64,000 nucleotides of DNA from Octopus bimaculoides (lineage: Eukaryota), in the NCBI RefSeq assembly GCF_001194135.2, contig NC_068982.1, positions 74,115,230-74,179,229 on the forward strand, given 5' to 3'. The notes beneath the pieces were generated by a model. That model was not told where the DNA came from. It did not search any database and saw only the letters and a program-made list of their open reading frames with translations. A program made the translations under genes and the position numbers. Of the stretch, positions 12,730 to 24,800 are shown piece by piece (position 1 is the stretch's first letter; every line of letters starts with the position of its first letter).

Positions 12730-14815
12730 CAACTGACAGTCTGTCAGTTACTACAAAGTGGGTTCCAGTTGATACAATCAACAGAACAGCCTGCTCATGA
12801 AATTAACATGCAAACGGCTGAGCACTCCACAGACACGTGTACCCTTAACATAGTTCTCAGGAAGCTTCAGCATGATAAAGAATGTGATAGGGCTGGTCCT
12901 TTGAAATACAAGTACTACTCATTTTTGCTAGCTGAGTGGACTGAAGCAACATGAAACGAAGTCAAAAATTGAACTCACGACCTCATGTTCATGAGCTGAA
13001 TATCCTTACCTCTAAGCCTATATATACACACCCACAAAACAGAAAAATGAAATTCTTTGGTATTATTTTATCTCCATTACACATGTACCAAAAAATTTCC
13101 ATTTTCTTGTTTTGTTATTCAGCAACTGTGCAAATAATATTTCCATAATTCTCAATTTTAATGTGTTTTGATCTACATACAACAATGACTATGGATGGAT
13201 ACATATTGATTATGATAATGGAATAAGCAGATGTGCTCCAAGAGGAAACAGGTGGGAGTTATCCTAAACACTTATTTATATTTACACACACATATGATAG
13301 GCTTGTAGTTTTTGGCTACCAGATTCACTCACAATACTTTGGTCAGTCTGTCAGTCTGGGGTTATGGAAAACCCCAATAGGGGGTGCTATAAAATCGCTT
13401 TGATGTTTTAACATTTTTTTCCTCAAGCAAGAATTTTTCTTAGTGGCAGATTGCAGTGAAAATGCCCTTTTCTCAGGTCAATGTGTTGGAAATATATTTA
13501 AATTGACTGCAAAGTTTGTTTATTGAAAAAAGAAAAAGAAAATTCAATATCAGACAAGAATTTCTCTGTTCTGCTTCATATGTATATAAAACTGTGTTGC
13601 AAGTTTTTTTGATGATGTGTTTCCTGGTTTTTTCAGAACCACTTTCTAGCAACCAGATAGACCAGTTCCAATGGTTACCCAAAGAACATATGTGTGTCTT
13701 AGTTTATCTTGTGAGTATGACTGAGAATTTTATTTGATACCCCATACTGACTTGAACTCAAATCATTTAGATTTTTTTTTTTCTGAAATGATATTTAGAT
13801 ATTGGTTATTGATTAAAGTTGTATTAACCATTGATTACATTGGTCTAAAGTTTCATTAAAAATTCATTATATCATGAAAATCAATCAATTTCAGGTATTG
13901 ATCATTCATTATCGGTTCAATATTTGTTTAGCATTGTGTATGAAGTATTGACTATATTTCTTGACTATCACAAACAGTGATTTTATTGAGAACAAAAGCA
14001 CCACTGATACCACCACCAACAACATCGTCATCATCAACATCGCCATCATAATTGTCATCTTCATCATAATCATTTTACATCTTTTCATGATGGCATGTGT
14101 TGGAAATGTTTTCATGGCTTGAGTCAGTTCTTGTTTGGAGGTTACTGCTCTCCAAATGGGTGGGTGGTATCATATTTTACTTTATGTTCCATTTTGAATG
14201 CTGCTACACAGCATCCTTTGCTAGGGAATCAGCTTGATGATATACCCACAAAGAAAGTTCATGCCTTCTCTACCTCCCTGAAACAACACTTGTTTTTTTT
14301 AAATTGCTACAATTTAATGAGAGAACATCCTCTGAAATCTGACAAGTGATTCATAGAGTGAGGTTGAATATACATTTGGCATGCATTAGATCTCCCCTGG
14401 GGAAAATATCTGTCTGGCAGTGGTTTCATTATATGTTAGTCAGCTGACCCATCAACAATGTGGATGTATATATTCATGGGTCTATGTGGTATACTGTATA
14501 ATTTGTAATAAATGTAACATATCTTACATTGGTAGCAACTTCTACAGACTGCACATCTATCATTAAAGATTATCATTATCACTTTAATGTCTATTTTACT
14601 ATGCTTGCATGGGTTGGATGAAGTTTGTTGAGGCAGCTATTCTACTCCCAGATGCTCTTCCTGTTACCAACCCTCACCTGCTTCCAAGCAAGATTGTATT
14701 TCCTCATGGCTAGTCATGTTTCACATTGGAATGTTGGAAACAAAGGGCATCAGTATAGTGACAAACGTTTGCAACTATTATGCAGTGTCAAAATAATGAG
14801 ACAGACAGATAGACA

Positions 14816-14854
<39 letters not shown>

Positions 14855-15881
14855 TCATTCATCTAGGTCGACTAACAATGTGAAGTGAAACACCTTGCCT
14901 AAAGACACTGCTCCCCGGTTCAGGAATTGAACCCATGACATGATGATCATGAGACTAACACCCTGTTGTTGTTGTCAGCACTCCATCGCTTATGGCGTTG
15001 AGGGTTCCAGTTGATCCGATCAACGGAACAGCCTGCTCGTGAAATTAATGTGCAAGTGGCTGAGCACTCCACAGACACGTGTACCCTTAACGCAGTTCTT
15101 GGGGATATTCAGTGTGACACAGTATGACAAGGCTGACCCTTTGAATTATAGGCACAACAGATACAGGAAGTAAGAATGAGAGAAAGTTGTGGTGGAAGAG
15201 TACAGCAGGGTTCGCCACCATCCCCTGCCAGAGCCTCGTGGAGCTTTAGGTGTTTTCGCTCTATAAACACTCACAACGCCCGGTCTGGGAATTGAAACCG
15301 CGATCCTATGACCGCGAGTCTGCTGCCCCAACCACTGGGCCATTGCGCTTCCACATGACTAACACCCTAACCCCTTCACATATATATGACTGTCTTAAGC
15401 CTTATTACTTTAATTCAAAATACTTGACATTAACTGATATATCATCATCCTTATTTAACATCCGCTTTCCATGCTGGCATGATCAAACAATGGGTAAGTC
15501 AACTCTGTATGTCTCTAACATCACTGTTGCTATTCTCTCCCTTCCACAGGTTACAGTGATGCATTCCATGCAGGCGGGCTACATGGACAAAGCACAAAAA
15601 TATACTGACAAAGCTCTCATGCAGATTGAAAAATTAAAAAGTAATTATGTTTTCATTATTTTGCATTTTATATTTTTGTATGTGCAAGAATCTTTTACTT
15701 ATTTCTGTCATGTGACCGCCACCTTGAGTTTTACTTGAATAAATCGACCCCAGAACTTTTTTTTGAGCCTGGTACTTATTCAACCAATTTTATTTTGCTG
15801 AACTGCTAAGTTATGAGGATGTAAAGATACCAACACTGGTTGTCAAGCTGTGGTCACACACACACACATACATACATACAT

Positions 15882-15944
<63 letters not shown>

Positions 15945-16629
15945 NNNNNNNNNNNNNNNNNNNNNNNNNNNNNNNNNNNNNNNNNNNNNNNNNNNNNNNN
16001 NNNNNNNNNNNNNNNNNNNNNNNNNNNNNNNNNNNNNNNNNNNNNNNNNNNNNNNNNNNNNNNNNNNNNNNNNNNNNNNNNNNNNNNNNNNNNNNNNNNN
16101 NNNNNNNNNNNNNNNNNNNNNNNNNNNNNNNNNNNNNNNNNNNNNNNNNNNNNNNNNNNNNNNNNNNNNNNNNNNNNNNNNNNNNNNNNNNNNNNNNNNN
16201 NNNNNNNNNNNNNNNNNNNNNNNNNNNNNNNNNNNNNNNNNNNNNNNNNNNNNNNNNNNNNNNNNNNNNNNNNNNNNNNNNNNNNNNNNNNNNNNNNNNN
16301 NNNNNNNNNNNNNNNNNNNNNNNNNNNNNNNNNNNNNNNNNNNNNNNNNNNNNNNNNNNNNNNNNNNNNNNNNNNNNNNNNNNNNNNNNNNNNNNNNNNN
16401 NNNNNNNNNNNNNNNNNNNNNNNNNNNNNNNNNNNNNNNNNNNNNNNNNNNNNNNNNNNNNNNNNNNNNNNNNNNNNNNNNNNNNNNNNNNNNNNNNNNN
16501 NNNNNNNNNNNNNNNNNNNNNNNNNNNNNNNNNNNNNNNNNNNNNNNNNNNNNNNNNNNNNNNNNNNNNNNNNNNNNNNNNNNNNNNNNNNNNNNNNNNN
16601 NNNNNNNNNNNNNNNNNNNNNNNNNNNNN

Positions 16630-16670
<41 letters not shown>

Positions 16671-18793
16671 ATGTTTGTCCCCCAACATTGCTTGACAACA
16701 GATGCTGGTGTGTTTACGTCTCCCGTAACTTAGCGGTTCAGCAAAAGAGAACGATAGAATAAGTACTAGGCTTACAAAGAATGAGTCCTGTGGTTGATTT
16801 GCTCAACTGAAGGCGGTGCTCCAGCATGGCCGCAGTCAAATGACTGAAGCAAGTAAAAGAGAGGAAGAGTTTCGTCCCTTCGCTACCTGAAGTCGTTCAG
16901 TTTTGCATTTTTCACTGGGTACAACTGTTTATTCACATTCCAATCCATACAGCCTCCTGTTACTGTTCAGTCACCATTTCTTCTTTCAACTACTAAATTC
17001 TCAGACCTCATTTAGAATATTAATTGCATTAAAGCTGGAGTCCATTCACCCTGCCCAACTTTTATGCACTGTCAAAGCTACATGGAACTGTCCTAGATTC
17101 AATAGTAAGAAATACTTATTTTGAGCTGTTCCCTCTATTAGGCTCTAATCCTTCTGTTGTTTTTTAATGTACTAAAACCTTTCTGAATGCAACGTATTTT
17201 CCTGCCTATTTCTATTATAAAACCCTTCTTTTTTTTGCCTCTTCAGTGCTGGACGCCCATCCACTCTTATCATCATTCCAACTGATGCTGCTTGAACACA
17301 TCGTCATGTGTCGTCTAATAATGGGCAGTAAGTCTGCCGCCATCCAAGAAGTAAGTCAACTAATTTTCCAAGATTGTTTTCTCTTTTTCTATATTCCAGG
17401 GTCGTTGCCAGTGCCCCTGGACTGGCTCATGTGCGGGCGACACATGAATTCTTTCGAGCGGGATCGTGCCAGAGCCCCTGGACTGGCTCATGTGCGGGCG
17501 ACGCCCCTGGGCCGGCTCTTGTGCGGGTGACACATGAGGTTTTTCAAGCAGGATCGTTGCGGGTGCCCCTGGACTGGCTCATGTGCGGGCAACACATGAA
17601 ATCCTTCGAGCGAGATCGTTGCCAGTGACCCTGGACTGGCTCTTGTGCGGGTGACACATGAAATGTTTTGAGCGGGATNNNNNNNNNNNNNNNNNNNNNN
17701 NNNNNNNNNNNNNNNNNNNNNNNNNNNNNNNNNNNNNNNNNNNNNNNNNNNNNNNNNNNNNNNNNNNNNNNNNNNNNNNNNNNNNNNNNNNNNNNNNNNN
17801 NNNNNNNNNNNNNNNNNNNNNNNNNNNNNNNNNNNNNNNNNNNNNNNNNNNNNNNNNNNNNNNNNNNNNNNNNNNNNNNNNNNNNNNNNNNNNNNNNNNN
17901 NNNNNNNNNNNNNNNNNNNNNNNNNNNNNNNNNNNNNNNNNNNNNNNNNNNNNNNNNNNNNNNNNNNNNNNNNNNNNNNNNNNNNNNNNNNNNNNNNNNN
18001 NNNNNNNNNNNNNNNNNNNNNNNNNNNNNNNNNNNNNNNNNNNNNNNNNNNNNNNNNNNNNNNNNNNNNNNNNNNNNNNNNNNNNNNNNNNNNNNNNNNN
18101 NNNNNNNNNNNNNNNNNNNNNNNNNNNNNNNNNNNNNNNNNNNNNNNNNNNNNNNNNNNNNNNNNNNNNNNNNNNNNNNNNNNNNNNNNNNNNNNNNNGC
18201 GAGATGAGCGTGGCCTTTGCCAGTACCGCCTGACTGGCCTTCGTGCGGGTGACACGTAAAAGCACCCACTACACTCTCTGAGTGGTTGGTGTTAGGAAGG
18301 GCATCCAGCTGTAGAAACTCTGCCAAATTAGATTGGAGCCTGGTGTTGCCATCCATTTTCACCAGTCCTCAGTCAAATCGTCCAACCCATGTTAGCATGG
18401 AAGGCGGACGTTAAACGATGATGATGATGATGATCTGTATCCTTTGGTGTTTCATTTACAGCGATATAGGACAGTTCACGATAATGTTTAGATCAATAAA
18501 AAGGAGATTAGTAATATGGGACAGTTAATGTCAATAATACTGTTAGAAAAAGAGCTTTGTTCTTATATATGTCAAACATATGGGTTTAGATAGTCATGTA
18601 ATGTCACTTGCTTCTGATAGGACACTTTGGGGGAAGAACCCAGGACTCTAACCCCATGAGCTTCCAAGGAATAGTGGGTGGTGAAAATGAATGGATATTT
18701 GTCAAATTCTAGGGTTGTGTAATTCTGTAGTTTCATAGAGAGAGGATGAGTGAGTCATGCTACCACAGAAAACCAGCATTAAACAAATGAACT

Positions 18794-18843
<50 letters not shown>

Positions 18844-21800
18844 CACACACACACACATGTAAAAAGTATGGATTATGTAACAAAATCAGACAGTAGATAT
18901 ATCAGGTGGGTTTGTTGTCTTAGAATAGGCTGAGAAATGAATTTCACATGTGGATGACTCTAAAATTTTGTTTGTTGACAAGTTTTCTTTTGAGATTCTC
19001 TTAGAATCTTGTTAATTAATATTGATTAAAAACAAAATCTGGTGCCTTTTAAACCACATCTCATGTTGACTGTTCGGTCCTTCAAGTACAACAAAGGACT
19101 TATAAAAAAATCCTGTTGCTAAGAACAGAAGTTGCTGCATCACCTTGTTGCAGATATTTTGGGTTATTGAGTGAAGGAGGAATTAGATCAGAGTTATTTT
19201 ATAGTTGATATAATGGTGAAATTTCAGAGCACTATGAAGACATTTCTAGGATTCTGTCATCCAAACCAAATCTGTTTGTAAATTAGCGCACTTATATAAT
19301 GAGTTGTAATTTAATGACTGTGTTCTATAGTGGTATAAGATGAACCATTTCATAGGTTCTGATGGGTCCAAGGGCCACATTGTGTGGCACCATGTAAAAG
19401 CACCCAGTGCACTCTAGTGATTGGCCCGAGGAAAGGCATCTAGCTGTAGAAACCATGCCAAATCATACTGGACTCTGGTGCAACACCCTACCCGCTCTGG
19501 CTACACTGTCCAACCCATGCCAGCATGGACAACGGATGTTTGGCCACACTGTCCAAAACAGATGTTAATTGATGATGATGATGTCTGTTTTTGACATGGT
19601 TTCTACAGCTGGTTGACCTTCTTAAAACCAACTGCTTTACTGTGTGTATTGGGTGCTTTTTCATGCTACCAGCACTTGGCAAGGTCACCATGCAGCTTTC
19701 AAAACTATGAACCCTGATCCTGAGGGAGCAGATTTATAATAGATGAGGGATTAAAGTGTGAGAGAAGGGGCTAGAGTAGGGTGGGTTTCTTACTGTAGAG
19801 GAGCTACATGACTACATACAGTTTAGAAAAGAGAATAGGAGTGATTGTGGACCCTTGAGGTATGAAGTGAGTTGAAACAGAAGAATCAGGAGTGTGGGGG
19901 TGTATGGGATTATGAGAGGTGGGAAATGGATGAGGAGGTGAATTTAATGAAGGAAGAACAACTGTTGTGAGAGTTGGATCTAGTAAATGATGGATAAGGG
20001 TTAGCAGGGGTGATTAATGTTGCATGAGTGTGTTTGTGTGTGTGTGAAAAGCACCATAATAATAACCGTATAATATTTTAAATATTAACCCATTACCTCC
20101 CATAATTCTATTAACTGGAATTTTTTTTATAAAACTTTGATTTCTAGCATAAAACAGCCTTAGAAACATTTCAAAATAAACATTTTAAATAGAAATAAGC
20201 GAGATATTGGGTGAAAAATTAGCAGACCTCATTTGAATATCGGAGAAATATACCTAGTAGATATAGCAAAAAGGTTAGATATGTGTAAATATTGATAGAT
20301 AATTACGAAATTTGTAATTTTTAAGTGATCTCATATGAGATCACTAGTAGGTAATGGGTTAATGTAATGATTATAATAATAATAATAATAATATTTATTT
20401 GCATTTTCTGTCTCCTTTCAGATCTTCCAGGCTTGTAATGTCTGCCAACAACAACCCAGGTTATTTTCAACTCATGGAGCTCAAATACACACACTATTAG
20501 TGAGTGACCTGTCTTTAGTTATTTTCTACTTCTTTGTTGTTTGTTTTATTTAACTCATATACACATATTATGTGTATATATTTGTATCTGTGTGAATGTT
20601 TTACATTCTGTGCTGAGCTGAGCTGCAGATGGTATTGTTGGTTGACATTAACCTCATCAACAAATTACCCAGTAGCTTTGCGCTCTTGAAGATAAGTTGA
20701 TTGAAAACTCCCTTATTTGAAAAACAGATAAGGATTAGAAACAGGAAGGGCATCCAGCTGCAGAATAATCCCTTGGTTATATGTATTCATCTAACACAGG
20801 GGTTCTCAACCAGAGTCCATAGGGCACTTGAGGGTCCATATAAGATTTTGTTGTTAAAATTTATCTGCAATAAATTGGTTATACTTTTACAATACACAAA
20901 ATATATATTTTTTTAATGCAATTCCTAATAATTTTTAATTATAAAAAAAATATAATAGGATATTTTTAAACATTGCATGACCAGTAGGGACCAGGAGGTA
21001 AAATAGGGATCAAAAGGGGTCTGTAGGCAAAACAAATGATTGAGAACCACTGATCTAACCCATGACAACATGGAAAAACAGATGTAAAACAAACAAATTA
21101 ATGTCACAACTTGATATTTTTTCCTGTTTAAGGATAAGACATACTTATTGGACATAAAGGTAACATTCACTGAAACACATGCACACACACAACATAAAAG
21201 CTTTTCATGTACTTTTATTAATATTTTCTGTCTTTTCCTTCCTTCTAGGGCCTTTATGCTATGTCTATGAACTGTATGGAGGCAGCAGAGTCACAGTTTA
21301 ATACAGCTTTTAAAGTAAGTTTTCTGCTGCAAATTCAACCTTCATTTATGTTAGGCAAAAATTCTGTAGATGTTACATCTTATGTTTTTTTTCTTTGTCT
21401 TTTTTTTGGGGGGGGGGCTAATTCACTGATGTTATATTCTCTAGAATTTCTCTTTCAATGAAGTGATATTCAGTTTTAAGAATCAAAGTAAAATGATGTT
21501 CCACTGTATAAATTTAAGAATAAGGGAGTTGCTATGTGGTTGACTAACCTGCTAGAAATAATAGTTAAATTTCCCTAAACTGAAACTCTAACATTTTGAT
21601 ATGGAATGCTTGGACACCTCAGCTAAAGTAGTCCTCTGTATATTTTGTTAAAAGATGGTTGAAATGTCATCAATTGATCAGACATCTGCTTGGTTTAAAC
21701 AGCTACAACTGTTGTTGCTGGACCAGTGTTGAGACAAAATTAAAATGAAATGTACCAAGTATCTCTTATTGGTAGAACTATCTTCTTTAAATCTTCATTT

Positions 21801-24800
21801 GGAAGAAATCTGATCTGTTGAATGTGTTAACTAGAGTATGGTACAAGAGCCATTTCCTCTCTTTGATGTTGTTTCCTCATCACAGAACTGTAAGGTAGGC
21901 AAGTCACACAAGTTGCCTCTGCGGAACAAAAGGTAAAATTGATCTTCAATAAAATTCATAGAAAATAAGCTTTTTAAGATTTGCTTTAATGTTCAAAACA
22001 GAAATATTTATTCATCTGCCACATTAAATGCAGGCATTGATTTAGTAACAATTGGGTGAACTTTACATATATATTCATTTCAAATTTTGGCACCAGGCCA
22101 GCAATTTCAGAGGAAGGGAAAATGGATTACGTTGACCCCAGTGCCCAACTGGTACTTATTTTATTGACCCCAGAAAGATGTAAAACAAAGTCGACCTTGG
22201 TGGTATTTGAACTCAGAAGGTGAACTCTGGTGGCATTTGAACTCAGAAGGTGAAGTCTGGTGGTATTTGAACTCAGACGAATGAAATGCTGCTAAGCATT
22301 TTACCTGGATGCTAGTAATTCTACCAGCTTGCGACCTTAACTTTAAATATATTGACTTCACTTGGCTAACTACAGTCTGGTTTGTTGTTGAACTTTGATT
22401 ATTTCTGATCTAGCAGACTTATTAAATATGTTTCAGACCTAAATCATCAGCATCATCATTTGTACATATCTCGGACTACATTATCCACGATGTGGACAAA
22501 ATAGGTTTTAGCTTCTATTTCTAGTAGGTGTCAAGCAATCACATAATGGTTCCTTTACTGTCTTTTGTAAATAGATGAGAGGCATCATTAGTTGAGTGTG
22601 TGAGCTGACCCAAATATTTTTCTGTTTAACTTTTCATTTTCATCATTTTGTTTCTTTTTTTTTTATCCTTGCAGCTTTCTACCGATGTAGATTTAAGAAC
22701 ATTTGTAAAACTGAACCTTGCTATTGTATATTTACGAACAAATAGACAAACAGATTTAATAAGTCTTCTGGAAACAGTAGTTTCACCCCAGAAGGTTTCT
22801 CCTTCCACGTAAGTTATATTTTTCAACTGTTCTTTATTTCCATAAGCATAAATTTTAGTTAATGAGTTTTTATCTCATAAAGCTAGTAAACATTTAAATA
22901 CAAAATAATCGTAAAATTGTTGTTTTCAACACCTGACTTGAATTGTTATGAATTATGTAGCCCAACATTAATCCCTACATTCAGTTCTTCCATCCCAGAA
23001 TGTCAGAGCTGTCTGGAACACTCTCCCTGCTCATGTCTTTTGTGCAGATTTTGAATTACAAAGGTTCAAGAGGAGTATTAAACCTTTTGTTATCACATTT
23101 CTGTTGAAATACAATGCCTTTGCTTCAATTGATTTTGAAAATAATAAAGAATTTAGTAAAATAAATTTGTCATTATTAAGCTGGTATCTGGAACATTAAG
23201 ATTAACATGAAATTTGGATGGAAGGTTTTTGTTTAGATCACCTTAAAATAAGAAGTTTATATCTTAGAACCAGGCCAGTCTTGGGTGAGTTGGTGTTAAA
23301 AGGGTTAGCTTGGAATTTAAATGAAGGACAGTTGTAATGTTGATTGTTTAACAAGATGGCAATCAGGTGCATAACAGTGGCCAAACACATTTGTTCTTGC
23401 GAGTCACTGCTTTGATGGTGTTTATCTTGCTCGAATATGTATTGTTTTCAACACAAGTCTATGGAAAAAGTTTATCTTAGACAATTACACAGCATCAGGC
23501 CTTCTAATGGTGTATATACATATACTATGATATATATACATGGCAATTTTAATTTAATGCTATAATCATTTTCTCCTCCTCTCCTCTTCATCCCCTTCTC
23601 CTCTTCATCCCCTCCTCTCCTCTTCATCCCCTCCTCTCCTCTTCATTCCTCCTCCTCCCTCCTCCTCTCCTCTTCATTCCTCCTCCTCTCCTCTTCATCC
23701 CTCCTCCTCTCCTCTTCATCCCTCCTCCTCTCCTCTTCATCCCTCCTCCCTCCTTTGTTTTATATAGCTGTCATTAATTATTTCTTAATGTGCTGTTTCT
23801 AGAGATAGAAGGTTGTCAACAGACAGTGAAGTAATGAGCCGAATCGGGTATGTATAATAACCATCTTATTGGAATAAAAATTATATTAAAAGTTGTAATG
23901 ACAGAATATTGTTTTGAGAAGATCTTTAAGCAATGCAGATGAAGTTAGGTACAATATATAAGAGATGTCAATAAATGAAGACAAAGACAAGCTATTGTAT
24001 TACCTTGAATAAGTTGTTCAATAATGTTCTTATTACATATTGGGAGTGATTTCCCTTATCAAATGTAAGAGAGAAAATAATCCAAGAGTTCAGAGAAAAA
24101 GTCTATTACCAGTAGGCCATTCTGGTGTGTTTATGAGGCTTCAAGCAAATTAGTTATCTGAAGGATTTTGTATTTTCTAGTTCAGCATGGATGTAAATTG
24201 AGTTAACTTGTATACATGGAATCAAAAAGGGATTGTCTTAAAAATATAAAATAAACTGTAAATAAAAGTAATTTTTCTAGAGGCAACTATAAACTTTTTG
24301 GAGACAGTTATTGACAATACAGTTCTGTATTTAAGAGATGAGGAATTATGTACATTATTTACAATTGACGGATATTTGTCCTCATCTTGCTTGTTGTTAA
24401 CCCATGTTCGAAATTTCCCCAAGACACCTGATGAAGGCTGGAGGGTATATCAGCCAAAACATTATGTTAACAACAAACAAGATGAGGTCAAATATCCGTC
24501 AATTGTAAATAATGTAAATAAAGTTATTGACAAGTCTATTTCGTATCATTTTCAGAAAAAAAAAATTATTGTTGAGGTTTTAAAAATTTGTTTTATATTC
24601 TATCTAACCCTTTAGCATTCACATTATTCTATCAAAAGTAATGCTTCATGCATAATTTTGTAGCTCTAAGATTTTGATGAGGTAACTTAATTTTTAGAAT
24701 GACATTGTAGAGTTGGTGTAAGAGGCCAGAGCTGGCCAGTTTGAGCATAAAACGGGTGGAATATTTTGGAAAAAAAAATATTTTAGATTAGCTTAATATG

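Noticed and set aside
13000-13007. ATATCCTT, matching a U12 AT-AC donor
   Set aside because: Lies in a decayed SINE head; exons 5 and 6 join in phase through GT-AG with no missing residues.
15811-16733. Long ORFs made of X runs and YI/HT/CV repeats (also near 17.5, 32, 33.7, 35, 44, 54 and 59 kb)
   Set aside because: Translations of N gaps and microsatellites.
17246-17530. ORF reading through the exon 8 donor into the array
   Set aside because: Homology to MAU2 stops at the GTAAGT donor; the rest is repeat-derived.
17399-17678. CRISPR-like appearance of the repeat array
   Set aside because: Contiguous diverged units without unique spacers, in a eukaryotic intron, with homology to the RTE tail.
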